Below the pieces are notes generated by a model. That model was not told the DNA's origin and searched no databases. It saw nothing but the letters and a program-made list of their open reading frames with translations. Positions 28,884-38,336 of a stretch of 64,000 bases of DNA are shown in pieces. This DNA is from Burkholderiales bacterium (GTDB taxonomy: Bacteria; Pseudomonadota; Gammaproteobacteria; Burkholderiales; SG8-39), in contig DATNCP010000162.1 in assembly GCA_035607175.1 (NCBI GenBank), positions 18,362-82,361 of the forward strand. Direction: 5' to 3'. The stretch's first letter is position 1, and each line of letters starts with the position of its first letter. A program made the position numbers and the translations under genes.

Positions 28884-29554
28884 TGGCCATGCGTGCCAAC
28901 TGCGGGATGAGATCCATTCGCCTGGTCTTTCTTCTTGCTGCTTTCCTTGCTCTCGTATCCCCAGCCGTTGCTCAGGACATGGCCGTTCCGCCGGCCGAGT
29001 CTGTCGGCAATATTTCTCAAGCCGACTGGTCCAAAGCCTGGTGGCAGTGGGCTGGCTCTTTCAATCACGCCGAGAGCCCGATCGCCGACCGTACTGGAGG
29101 GAATTGTCATCTCAAGCAGAACGGCCCGGTCTGGTTCCTGGCAGGGACCTACGGTACGCAGCGGACGATCCGGACCTGCACCGTGCCGCGCGACAAGTAC
29201 CTGTTCTTCCCGATCATCAACTACGTGGTGATGCCGTCCACGAGGGCCGCCGCGTGCATGGAATGCTGCGCATCCTTCATTCAAAGCGCCAAGTCGATCA
29301 CGGATCAGCCGTCCAACCTGGTACTCGAGCTGGACGGCCGCCGCATGGAGGGACTCGAAGGCCATCGGCAGGTGACGACGGAATGCTTCGACATGGGGGC
29401 GCTCGCGGAACCGAGGGTGCAAATGTTCCCGTCCGCCGCCAACGGCTACTACGTCATGCTGCGCCCGCTGGCCCCCGGGAAGCACGTCCTGAATTTCGGC
29501 GGGATGCTGCCCGGCATGTCGCAGGCGGTGACGTACACGCTGCTGGTCGAATAA
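28883..29554 (+). CDS. secreted Trp/Cys-containing hypothetical protein
   Basis: Start is ATG 28883 (TGATG overlap) or ATG 28907. Signal peptide MRSIRLVFLLAAFLALVSPAVAQD. WSKAWWQWAGSF motif. I recognise no family. Confidence 0.6.
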   Translation: MAMRANCGMRSIRLVFLLAAFLALVSPAVAQDMAVPPAESVGNISQADWSKAWWQWAGSFNHAESPIADRTGGNCHLKQNGPVWFLAGTYGTQRTIRTCTVPRDKYLFFPIINYVVMPSTRAAACMECCASFIQSAKSITDQPSNLVLELDGRRMEGLEGHRQVTTECFDMGALAEPRVQMFPSAANGYYVMLRPLAPGKHVLNFGGMLPGMSQAVTYTLLVE

Positions 29555-29618
29555 CAGCCCTCCTGCCGGACGGCCTGCGCCGGGATTGGGTTTAACACTC
29601 GGGGCGTAGAACGGCGGG

Positions 29619-30782
29619 GTGACCCGCAGAGTCAAGGTGCTGACCGGCCTGGAGGCCATGGCCGCGATCGTCCCGGCCTGGGAGGACATGGCCGCGGCGG
29701 CGATCGAGCCGAACCCTTTCTACGAGCCGTGGATGCTGCTGCCGGCGCTGGAATTGTTCGGGCTGGGGCGCGGCTTCCGCCTGGTCACGGTCTGGAACGG
29801 CGAGCGGCTGGATGCGGTTACGCCGCTCGAGCGGACCGCAACCTTCAAGGGGCTGCCGCTGCCGGCGCTGAGCTCGTGGCGCCACCGGCATTGCCTTCTC
29901 TGCACGCCGCTCGTGCGCGCCGACGGCGCGGCGGAAACGCTGGCGGCGCTGATTGAATGGCTGCCCAAGGAGGGCGCGTCGCTCGTCGGCCTGCAATACA
30001 TCCCTGCCGAGGGACGGTTCAACCGCGCGCTGGCGGATGCGCTGAAGGTGGCGAAGGTCAAGCCGTTCGTTCTCGATGGCTATGATCGGCCGGTCCTGCG
30101 CCGGGCGAAGGACGGCGAGACGTACATCGAGGAATTCATCTCCCGCAAGGAACGCCAGGAGCTGCGCCGGCGGGAGCGCCGGCTGCAGGAGCAGGGCAAG
30201 CTGACGCGCGTCGCGCTCGGCCAGGGTGAAGATCTCGGTCGCTGGATCGACGAGTTCCTGCGCCTCGAGGCTTCCGGCTGGAAGGGCAAGGAAGGCAGCG
30301 CGATGATCTGCAGCGAGGCGAATCGCCGCTTCCTGACTGAGACGTTCACCGCCGCGTACAAGCGCGGGCGGCTGGAGATGGTCGGCATCGACCTCGACGG
30401 CAAGCCGCTCGGCCGCTGCACGGGCTTCATCGCCGGCGAGGGCGCCTACGCGTTCAAGCCGGCCTACGACGAGGCATTCGCCAGGTTTTCGCCGGGAATC
30501 ATCGCCGAGGTGGCGCGCATCCGGACGCTGCACGAGCTGTCGGGCGTGAAGTGGATGGACTCGTTCACCGACGCCAACAACTCCGTGATGAGCCGCCTCT
30601 GGAAGGACCGGTTGACGGTGCAGACGCTAGTGTTCGGTACAGGCAAGGCGGGCGCGCTGGCGGTCGCGGCCCTGCCGTTCCTGCGCTGGGCGAAGCAGCA
30701 GGGCCGGCGTGCCCTCAGTGCCGCATCACGAGCCCGAGCGCCAGCAAAACCAGCCCAGCCCCCAGCAGCATCGGCAGCGTAA
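29619..30782 (+). CDS. GNAT-type acetyltransferase (CelD/BcsL-like)
   Basis: GTG 29619. Overall resemblance to the long CelD-like GNATs (WEDMAAAAIEPNPFYEPWMLLPAL...FLRLEASGWKGKEGSA...SPG). The last 68 nt overlap a convergent gene. Confidence 0.6.
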   Translation: MTRRVKVLTGLEAMAAIVPAWEDMAAAAIEPNPFYEPWMLLPALELFGLGRGFRLVTVWNGERLDAVTPLERTATFKGLPLPALSSWRHRHCLLCTPLVRADGAAETLAALIEWLPKEGASLVGLQYIPAEGRFNRALADALKVAKVKPFVLDGYDRPVLRRAKDGETYIEEFISRKERQELRRRERRLQEQGKLTRVALGQGEDLGRWIDEFLRLEASGWKGKEGSAMICSEANRRFLTETFTAAYKRGRLEMVGIDLDGKPLGRCTGFIAGEGAYAFKPAYDEAFARFSPGIIAEVARIRTLHELSGVKWMDSFTDANNSVMSRLWKDRLTVQTLVFGTGKAGALAVAALPFLRWAKQQGRRALSAASRARAPAKPAQPPAASAA

Positions 30783-31572
30783 CCGTCTCTCCCAGCAGCA
30801 GCCAGCCCCAGAAGATCCCAAGCACCGGCACCGCGAGGCCGACGGTGAGGGTGCGCGTCGGGCCGATGTCGCGCACCAGGGTGAAGAACGGCAGGTAGGC
30901 GACTCCGCTGACCAGGAGGCCGAGCGCGATCAGCGCGCCGACGGCGATCGGCGTCCAGGTCGACGGCGGCGGCATCTGAGCCATGGCGGGCGAGAGGATC
31001 AGGGCGCAGAAGAGGATCGACCCGGTGGCGAGGCCCATCGCCGGGACGCGCCCGGTGCGCTGGCGGATGACTACGCCCGCCCAACCCCAGAACGCGGTGC
31101 CTGCGACTCCTGCGAGCGCCGCCGTGATCGTGTGGGCATTCAGCGCGATCGGGCCGAGGTTGACGATCAGCGCCACGCCGGCCATGCCGAGCAGGAAGCC
31201 TGCGATGCGCCAGCCGCTGAGCCGCTCCTTCAGCACCGGCGCGGCGATCACTGCGCTCCAGAGCGGCACCATGCCGTTCATCACCGCAAGGTAGCTGGCC
31301 GGGATGCCGGTCGCGGCGTAGGCCAGGCAGAGGAAAGGCAGCACGTTGTTGACCATCGCTACCCACAGGTAGTCGCGCCAGTGCGTGCGCATGCCGATTT
31401 CCTGGCGCAGCACGAACAGCATCCACGGCACGAGGAAGATGGCCGAGAAGATCGCGCGGCCGTCGGCGACGATGGGGGCGCCAAAGGTCGGCACCGAGAG
31501 GCGCATGAAGATGTACTGCAGCGACCAGAGGGTGGCGAGCAGCAGCCACCGCCCGGCGTCGTAAGGCCGCAC
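30715..31572 (-). CDS. EamA/DMT family transporter
   Basis: About 10 hydrophobic helices and a duplicated EamA-like architecture. 285 aa. Confidence 0.8.
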   Translation of the reverse strand: MRPYDAGRWLLLATLWSLQYIFMRLSVPTFGAPIVADGRAIFSAIFLVPWMLFVLRQEIGMRTHWRDYLWVAMVNNVLPFLCLAYAATGIPASYLAVMNGMVPLWSAVIAAPVLKERLSGWRIAGFLLGMAGVALIVNLGPIALNAHTITAALAGVAGTAFWGWAGVVIRQRTGRVPAMGLATGSILFCALILSPAMAQMPPPSTWTPIAVGALIALGLLVSGVAYLPFFTLVRDIGPTRTLTVGLAVPVLGIFWGWLLLGETVTLPMLLGAGLVLLALGLVMRH

Positions 31573-31576
31573 CCCG

Positions 31577-32563
31577 CTAGAGGTAGACGCGCTTCATCGC
31601 GTCCGCCGGGTAGCGCGGCCCGGAAGCCGCGCCGACCGGCGCGACGGCGGAGATTTTCTCGATTTCGGATCCCGAGAGCTTGATGTCGAGCGCGGCGAGG
31701 TTCTCCTCGACGCGCTGCTTGCGCTTGGTGCCGGGGATCGGGAGCACGTCCTTGCCCTGCGCGAGGAGCCAGGCGAGCACGAGCTGCGCGGGCGTGCACT
31801 TCTTCTGCGCCGCGATCTCCTCCAGGCGCTTGACGATCTTGACGTTGGTCTCGAGGTGCTCGGGCTGGAAGCGCGGATGCGCGAGGCGCCGGTCGCCTTC
31901 GGGCAGGTCCGCCTTGCCCTTCACCGATCCGGTCAGCATGCTGCGGCCGAGCGGCGCGTAGGCGACGAGCGCGATGCCCAGCTCGCGGCACGCCTGCAGG
32001 GTTTCCTCGCCGTCCTTGCGGTACATGAGCGAGTACTCGTTCTGCACCGCCGCGATCGGATGCACCTTGTGCGCGCGGCGGATGGTCTCGGGAGCGGCTT
32101 CGGAGAGCGCGATCGCGCGCACCTTGCCCTGCTCGACGAGCCGCTTCATCGCGCCGACCGTCTCTTCGATCGGCGTAGTCGTATCGACGCGGTGCTGGTA
32201 GTAGAGGTCGATGACGTCGATGCCGAGGCGCTTCAGGCTCGCCTCGCACGCCTGCATGACGTACGCCGGCTTGCCGTTCACGCCCTGCTTGCCGTCGGCG
32301 TCCTTGGTCTGGCCGAACTTGGTGGCCACGATCACGCCTTCGCGCCGGCCCTTCAGCGCCTTGCCGAGCAGCGCCTCGTTGTGCCCCCAGCCGTACATGT
32401 CCGAGGAGTCGAGGTGGTTGATGCCCTTGTCGAGCGCGTGGTGGATGACGCGGATCGACTCGTCGTCGTTGGCGTTGCCGTAGATGCCCGACATCGACAT
32501 CAGGCCGAGGCCGACGGCCGAGACTTTGATGCCGCTGCGGCCCAGGGTGCGTTGTTCGATCAT
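31577..32563 (-). CDS. aldo/keto reductase
   Basis: MIEQRTLGRSGIKVSAVGLGLMSMSG...HLDSSDMYG...YYQHRVD: AKR motifs. Confidence 0.85.
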   Translation of the reverse strand: MIEQRTLGRSGIKVSAVGLGLMSMSGIYGNANDDESIRVIHHALDKGINHLDSSDMYGWGHNEALLGKALKGRREGVIVATKFGQTKDADGKQGVNGKPAYVMQACEASLKRLGIDVIDLYYQHRVDTTTPIEETVGAMKRLVEQGKVRAIALSEAAPETIRRAHKVHPIAAVQNEYSLMYRKDGEETLQACRELGIALVAYAPLGRSMLTGSVKGKADLPEGDRRLAHPRFQPEHLETNVKIVKRLEEIAAQKKCTPAQLVLAWLLAQGKDVLPIPGTKRKQRVEENLAALDIKLSGSEIEKISAVAPVGAASGPRYPADAMKRVYL

Positions 32564-32588
32564 GTGACTCCTCGTAGGGAAAAGATTC

Positions 32589-33317
32589 TCAGGTGCGCTG
32601 CGAGCGGATGTCGTAAAGGAGCAGCTCGCGCACCGCCTCGCCTTCGACCGGCTCGACCCCGTGAAAGGCGTTCGGTGTTTTCATGAACCCGAACATCGCA
32701 TTCGCCTGGTAAGGCATGGTGTACAGGCGGTGGAACTTGTCGAAGTCGTAGTGCGGGCCGCCGGCGCAGACGAAGCCCGGGTCCCGCGGCAGGTACATCG
32801 AGGTGCCGAGGTGCGACTGCGAGTCGTCGGCGGGCAGGTAGAACAGGAACGACAGCACCTTCGACGGGTGGTCGGTATGCGGCCCGAGGGAGTAGTTGCG
32901 GCGATCCTGCACCAGCAGCGCCTCGTCGGCGAAGCGCGCGTTGGCGAGGTCCGGGAAGCGCCGCCGGAGCCAGGGGCTGAACTTGGTCGTCATCACCTGG
33001 CCGAACGAGCCGCCGAGCAGCCAGCCGGCGACTTCCTGCCAGAACGCGCGCCGCGGCTCGTCGAGGCCGGCGAGGCCTTGCGTCGTGAGCGGCAGGACGG
33101 TGCGCTGGTCTGCGGCCATGTCACCGGCCTTCATGCGGCCCATCGAGCTCAGCGTAGCCAGCTTCTCGGCCGGCGGCAGCTGCTCGCGGAGCCTGCGGTA
33201 GAAGTCCGCCGGAAACACGTCGCGCACGTAGACGTGCGGATACGGGAACTCGCGCACCGGCTCGTTCGAAATGCGGTAGAGCGCGTGCAGCTCAGCGCTG
33301 GAAGACGTATTCGGCAC
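32589..33317 (-). CDS. 2OG-Fe(II) oxygenase-like hypothetical protein
   Basis: H-x-D in GPHTDHP plus a distal His in NAFHGVEP. Last gene of the long operon, with a 26-nt overlap with the FkbM gene. Confidence 0.5.
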   Translation of the reverse strand: MPNTSSSAELHALYRISNEPVREFPYPHVYVRDVFPADFYRRLREQLPPAEKLATLSSMGRMKAGDMAADQRTVLPLTTQGLAGLDEPRRAFWQEVAGWLLGGSFGQVMTTKFSPWLRRRFPDLANARFADEALLVQDRRNYSLGPHTDHPSKVLSFLFYLPADDSQSHLGTSMYLPRDPGFVCAGGPHYDFDKFHRLYTMPYQANAMFGFMKTPNAFHGVEPVEGEAVRELLLYDIRSQRT

Positions 33318-34023
33318 AGCCCTTGAAGGTTCCCTGCCTGCGTTCCGCGCGGGCGACCTGCGCGGGATCGTGGACGAAGCCGAGCGCGCCCAGCTCGGCG
33401 ACCATCTGCAGGTGATCGGGAAGGTTCCGGTTCACCTCGACGAGCAGCGAGCGCACCTTGCCGCCGCGCAGCACCTCGGCGGCGCCGGCGATCACCTTCG
33501 GCTCGAAGCCGTCGACGTCGATCTTGATGTGCTGCGGCGCCGGCACCACGCCGTCGCGCACCAGGTCGTCGAGGCGCGCCGAGATGCAGCCCTGCGAGAA
33601 GGCGGGCTTGGCCGGCTGGTGCTTGAAGTCGACCTGCTCGCCGAGCGAATGGCAGGAGCCGCCGGCGCGAAACTCGGAAAGGTGCAGCTCGCTGAATCCG
33701 GCCTGGTCGGAAAGCGCGACGCAGTACGCCTTCACGCTCCCGCCCAGCCCGTTGAGGACGATGTTGCGGTTGAGCAGGCCGTAGTTCTGCGCCTCGGGCT
33801 CGAAGGCATAGACGCGCAGCCCGCGCGTCTTCGCCGCCCACACGGTGTACATGCCGACGTTCGCGCCCACGTCCACCAGCACCTCGCCGCGGCCCATGCC
33901 GGCGATCCAGTCGATGGTGCAGGGCTCCTTGGTGAACAGGCTGTCGACGCGCCACTTGAGGTGCATGCTCGGCGTGTGCCAGCCGATCTGCACGCCTTCG
34001 TGCGCGACGAAGCAGGTCGGCAT
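33292..34023 (-). CDS. FkbM family methyltransferase
   Basis: ATG 34023 is used; GTG 34053 is an alternative. VLVDVGANVGMYT...VYAFEP...IKIDVDGFE: FkbM motifs. Confidence 0.7.
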   Translation of the reverse strand: MPTCFVAHEGVQIGWHTPSMHLKWRVDSLFTKEPCTIDWIAGMGRGEVLVDVGANVGMYTVWAAKTRGLRVYAFEPEAQNYGLLNRNIVLNGLGGSVKAYCVALSDQAGFSELHLSEFRAGGSCHSLGEQVDFKHQPAKPAFSQGCISARLDDLVRDGVVPAPQHIKIDVDGFEPKVIAGAAEVLRGGKVRSLLVEVNRNLPDHLQMVAELGALGFVHDPAQVARAERRQGTFKGCAEYVFQR

Positions 34024-34055
34024 CAGCTTTTCGTAGTCCTCGAGGGTCGGCACGG

Positions 34056-35411
34056 CTAGAACAGGTCGAAGTATTCCCGGTGTTCCCAATCGCTCACTTC
34101 GAGTTTGAAGCGCGCGATCTCGGCTTCCTTGATCCGGCAGTAGTAGTCGACAAAAGTATCGCCGAATCCGGCTCGCAGCGCCTTGTCCTTTCGCAGCGCC
34201 TCGAGCGCCTCGTCGAGGGTGCGGGGCAGCAGGTCGGCCTTCGCCTCGTAGGGCGTATCGGCCGAGGGGCGGAGGTTGGGCCGCGCCGCGAGGCCGTCCA
34301 GCCCGGAGTGGATCTGCGAGGCGATGTAGAGGTAGGGATTGGCGGCCGGTTCGCCGATCCGATTCTCGATCCGCGTCGCGGCATTGCCCGGGCCGCCGAC
34401 GACGCGCAGCAGCGCGCCGCGGTTCTCCTTCCCCCAGACGATCCGGTCGGGGGCGAGCGAGTAGGGCCGGTAGCGCTTGTAGCCGTTGATGGTCGGCGTA
34501 CTGAACGCGCAGGCTCCGCGCGCGTGCGAAAGAAGGCCCGCGAGCCAGTGCTTGCCGGTTTCCGACAGGTCCTCTTTCTCGGAAACAAAAGCGTTCCGGC
34601 CGTTTTTCGAAAGGGATTGATGCAAATGCCAGCCGCTCGACATCACGTTCGGCAGCTTCGGCCGGCACATGAAGGTCGCGTGGTAGCCATGCCGGCGCGC
34701 GACCTGCTTTACTGCGCTGCGAAGCAGCACCATCGCGTCGGCCGCGGCGAGCGCCGGGAGAGGGGAAAGCGTGATCTCCAGCTGGCTTGGCCCGAACTCG
34801 ACTTCGAACGAGCGCAGCGGCAGTCCCAGGCCGGCCAGGTTCTGCTGCAGGATCTGGAACACCGGATCGAGCTGGTCGTAGCGATGCTCGGTGAGCAGCT
34901 GGTAGCCGGTGGTGAGCAGCGCGACCTCGGGCGGGCTGCCCGGCTGGCCGGCGTCCTCGGGCCGCAGATTCTCCCGGACGATCTTGAAAACGTGGAATTC
35001 GACTTCCAGCCCGCAGACGAGCTCGTGGGGCGTCAGCTTCCCGAGGGCCGCTTTGAGGAGCGCCCGCGTGTCATAGGGAACCGGCCGGCCGTCGTGGAGC
35101 TGCAGGTCGCACAGCACCCAGCCGGTATCGGGCGCCCACGGCAGCACGCGAAAGGTCGAGGTATCGGCCATCATCAGCACGTCGCCCGCGCCCTGGAAGT
35201 CGGACAGGCCGACGCCGCCGCCCGGAGTGAACGCCGGGAAGACCGTGCGGTGCGAAGTGTCCTTCAGCAGGAGCGAACTCGGGAAGCCGACGCCGGACTT
35301 GAGCGCCGACTGGACTTCCGAAACGGCGAGCGTCTTGCCGCGCAGCACGCCGTGCTGGTCGGCAAAGGAAAACCGCACCTGCTTCAGCCCGTCGAGCTTC
35401 AGGCTGCCCAC
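34056..35411 (-). CDS. glutamine synthetase family protein (gamma-glutamyl-amine synthetase-like)
   Basis: GTG 35411 overlaps the Rieske gene's end by 13 nt. GLEVEFHVF, EVEFGPSQLEI, SGWHLHQSL, NRGALLRV, RIENRIGEPAANPYL: GS catalytic-domain motifs. Confidence 0.8.
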   Translation of the reverse strand: MGSLKLDGLKQVRFSFADQHGVLRGKTLAVSEVQSALKSGVGFPSSLLLKDTSHRTVFPAFTPGGGVGLSDFQGAGDVLMMADTSTFRVLPWAPDTGWVLCDLQLHDGRPVPYDTRALLKAALGKLTPHELVCGLEVEFHVFKIVRENLRPEDAGQPGSPPEVALLTTGYQLLTEHRYDQLDPVFQILQQNLAGLGLPLRSFEVEFGPSQLEITLSPLPALAAADAMVLLRSAVKQVARRHGYHATFMCRPKLPNVMSSGWHLHQSLSKNGRNAFVSEKEDLSETGKHWLAGLLSHARGACAFSTPTINGYKRYRPYSLAPDRIVWGKENRGALLRVVGGPGNAATRIENRIGEPAANPYLYIASQIHSGLDGLAARPNLRPSADTPYEAKADLLPRTLDEALEALRKDKALRAGFGDTFVDYYCRIKEAEIARFKLEVSDWEHREYFDLF

Positions 35412-36682
35412 TGGCTTTGCTTGCGGCGTTTCTGGTCCGACTCTTTCCAATACTCGTCGATTTTCGCCGTCGGGCCGATGCCGTCGATCGTCGGCGGCCC
35501 CATGGCGTCGATGACCGGCGGCTGCTCGCCGGCTTCGTTCTTCCGGATTGCGTCCATCAGCAGCCGGCGATAGAGCACGATCCCCTTGTCGGTGCTGCCG
35601 AGGTTTTCCTTCGTGCGGTCGGCGATGACGCCCTGCGACTCGCAGGCGAACTGGTCGTGGATGTTGATATCGAAGCCCATGCCGGTGAAGGTCTTCGATT
35701 TCTGCTCCTCGGCGTTGAAGCCCCAGCCGTCGGCTCGGCCATGGATGGGCTTGTAGTCGGGCGCCGGGTAGGTCTTGAGACGCTGATTGCGCATCGTGTT
35801 CTTGTCCACCGGGCCGGCGAAACTGGTGAAGATCGAGTACCAGTAGCAGCCGGTGTCGTCGACCGGAACGTGGAACTGGGTGATCGTCATCTCGGCGTTC
35901 ATCGGGATGACGAAGGCCTGCGGGAAGAGGATGTTGGTGACGCGCACGTGGGTCTGCGCATCGCTGATCTTGCGCAGCGTCTGCAGGCGCATGCCGTAAT
36001 CGGTGCGCTCGACGCGGATCTCGGGCCGGTCGTATTCGCGCAGCACCTTGCTGATCGGCAGGTCGGAGTCGGCCGGCACGCCACGGAATTGCTTGCCGTA
36101 GCTTCCCGCCGTGTCCTCGTCCTCGAAATACTTGTGCAGCCAGGAGGCGTGCGCCGGGTCGATCCCGACCTCGAGCGCCTGCAGCCAGTTGCAATCCCAG
36201 TAGCCCTTGAAGGCGAAGGTGTAGGCGTCCGGGGCGACGAAGCAGTCAAAGTGCGGGAACGCCGGCGCGGCGCCTTCGCCGAGCCATGCGAAAAGGATGC
36301 CGCTCTTCTCGACCACGGGATACGAGACGGTCTTGATGTGCTCGCAGAGCCGGCTGCCCTCGGGCTCGGCCGGCGTCTCGATGCACTTGCCGCGGCTGTC
36401 GAACTTCCAGCCGTGGAAGGAGCAGCGCAGGCCGTCGGGCTCGATCCTGCCAAAAGCGAGATCGGCGCCGCGGTGCGGGCAGTGGCGCTGCATCAGCGCA
36501 TAACCGTCCTTCGCCTTGTACAGGACCAGGTTTTCACCAAAGAGGCGTACTGCCTTGACCGGCCGCTCGCCTTGCATCTCGTCGACCAGCGCCACCGGCT
36601 GCCAATAGCGGCGCAGCAGCTTCCCCGCCGGCGTGCCCTGGCCGATGCGGGTCATCAGCTCGTTCTGCTCGCGGCTGATCAT
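35399..36682 (-). CDS. Rieske [2Fe-2S] oxygenase, alpha-subunit-only (phthalate-family-like)
   Basis: CPHRGADL...CSFHGWKF Rieske motif. N-terminal LLRRYWQPVA. No adjacent beta subunit or reductase. Confidence 0.85.
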   Translation of the reverse strand: MISREQNELMTRIGQGTPAGKLLRRYWQPVALVDEMQGERPVKAVRLFGENLVLYKAKDGYALMQRHCPHRGADLAFGRIEPDGLRCSFHGWKFDSRGKCIETPAEPEGSRLCEHIKTVSYPVVEKSGILFAWLGEGAAPAFPHFDCFVAPDAYTFAFKGYWDCNWLQALEVGIDPAHASWLHKYFEDEDTAGSYGKQFRGVPADSDLPISKVLREYDRPEIRVERTDYGMRLQTLRKISDAQTHVRVTNILFPQAFVIPMNAEMTITQFHVPVDDTGCYWYSIFTSFAGPVDKNTMRNQRLKTYPAPDYKPIHGRADGWGFNAEEQKSKTFTGMGFDINIHDQFACESQGVIADRTKENLGSTDKGIVLYRRLLMDAIRKNEAGEQPPVIDAMGPPTIDGIGPTAKIDEYWKESDQKRRKQSQWAA

Positions 36683-37656
36683 TGCTTTTCTTCTCGGTAG
36701 AGGCCCAATGCCTTCATCGCGGGAAGGTCATTGAACGAGAACAGCACCGCTTCCTTCGTCGCGCCGTGGCGGTACTTCGCCCATGACGGCACGCAGAAAA
36801 TGTCTTTCTCCTCCCACTCGAAGCGCTTGCCGCCGATCTCGGACCAGCCATGGCCGGTCGCAACCTGGAAAATCTGGCTGCCGGTGTGACGAATCGGTTT
36901 CGTCTCCTTCACCAGCTCCAGTTTCGCGCCCATGGTCGGCATCACGGAACCGCCGGTCAGCGGGTTGCGATATTCATGAGTCTTGTGCCTCTTCAGCGCC
37001 TTGTAGCTCTCGTCCCACTTGTAGAGGAAAACGGGCGAGTAGGGCTTCTTCCAGTTCTTGCGAGACAGCTTCGAGGGCGCCTGCCGGGTTTTCGGATGCA
37101 CCTCGTAGAAATTCGCGTCGAGGGAGTTCATGAGCGGGATGTCGAGCCCGTCCTGCCAGACGCACTGGGTGCCGCTCGCATCGACGCCGTGCTCGTGCCA
37201 GGTGCCGTTGGGCGTGAGCACGAAGTCGCGCGCGCCGAGCTCGAGGCGCTCCCCGTCGACGATCGTGTAGGCGCCGCGGCCTTCCATGACGAAGCGCAGC
37301 GCGCTTGCCTGATGGCGGTGGGCGGAAGCCGCTTCGCCGGGGTTCATCACCTGCACGCCGGTGTAGAGGAGACCCGATGCGGCGCTCCATTCCTTGCGTC
37401 CCGGGTTGACCAGCATGACCACGCGGCGCGCAGCCTTATCAGCGGAAACGAGCTCGGCGGCCTTCCTCACAAAAGGTTGAATTTTTTGCCAGGACCAGAG
37501 CGTCGGGACCGACTTGGGTTGGGGATACCAGGGCTCGATCTCGTTGGCGACGTTCCAGAGCGCGCCCAGCTCCTCGCCCTCGAGCGCGCGGTAGTACGCC
37601 TCGAGCTCGGGCGTGTCCTCCACGTTGGCGCGCCCTATGACGTTCTCTCTTTTCAT
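36679..37656 (-). CDS. gentisate 1,2-dioxygenase-like bicupin
   Basis: ATG 37656 in an ATGA overlap. HRHQASALRFVMEGRGAYTIVDGERLELGARDFVLTPNGTWHEHG: GDO-like cupin motif. Confidence 0.7.
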   Translation of the reverse strand: MKRENVIGRANVEDTPELEAYYRALEGEELGALWNVANEIEPWYPQPKSVPTLWSWQKIQPFVRKAAELVSADKAARRVVMLVNPGRKEWSAASGLLYTGVQVMNPGEAASAHRHQASALRFVMEGRGAYTIVDGERLELGARDFVLTPNGTWHEHGVDASGTQCVWQDGLDIPLMNSLDANFYEVHPKTRQAPSKLSRKNWKKPYSPVFLYKWDESYKALKRHKTHEYRNPLTGGSVMPTMGAKLELVKETKPIRHTGSQIFQVATGHGWSEIGGKRFEWEEKDIFCVPSWAKYRHGATKEAVLFSFNDLPAMKALGLYREEKQ

Positions 37657-38336
37657 ACGCCGAGATGCCTGTGCTGGATTTCCTGGTTCGCCGAAAGCTC
37701 CGCCGAGCTGCCGCTCCATACTACGCGGCCCTTCTCGAGAATGTAATGCCGTTCGGCGACGCGCGACAACGCCTTCACGTCCTTGTCGATGATCAGGATC
37801 GACAGCCCCTGCGCTTTCAGCTTCTCGATCGAGCGGTATATCTCGGCGCGCACCAGCGGCGCGAGGCCCTCGGTCGCCTCGTCGAGGATGAGGAGCTTCG
37901 GGTTGGTCATCAGCGCCCGGCCGATGGCGAGCATCTGCTGCTCGCCGCCGGAGAGCTGGTTGCCGTAGTTGCCCCGCCGGGCCTTCAGGTGCTCGAACAG
38001 TCCGTAGACGCGCTCGAGAGTCCAGGGGCCCTTGGTGGCGGTGGCGACCAGGTTCTCGCGCACCGTCAGGTTGGGGAAGATCTGCCGCCCTTCCGGGACG
38101 AGGCCGATGCCGGCCTTGGCGATCCGGTACGACGGAAGGCGCTGCAGCTCGCGGCCTTCGAAGCGGATGTTTCCTGAACAGGAAGCGATTCCCATGATGG
38201 AACGGACGGTGGTCGTCTTGCCCATGCCGTTCCTGCCGAGCAGGGAAACCACTTCGCCCCTGCTGATTTGCAGCGCCACGCCGAACAGCACCTGGCTGCG
38301 GCCGTACGAGGTCTCGAGGTTGGCGACTTCGAGCAT
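37653..38336 (-). CDS. branched-chain amino acid-type ABC transporter ATP-binding protein (LivF-type)
   Basis: GRNGMGKTT Walker A, LSGGEQQML signature, LLILDE Walker B. Confidence 0.85.
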   Translation of the reverse strand: MLEVANLETSYGRSQVLFGVALQISRGEVVSLLGRNGMGKTTTVRSIMGIASCSGNIRFEGRELQRLPSYRIAKAGIGLVPEGRQIFPNLTVRENLVATATKGPWTLERVYGLFEHLKARRGNYGNQLSGGEQQMLAIGRALMTNPKLLILDEATEGLAPLVRAEIYRSIEKLKAQGLSILIIDKDVKALSRVAERHYILEKGRVVWSGSSAELSANQEIQHRHLGV

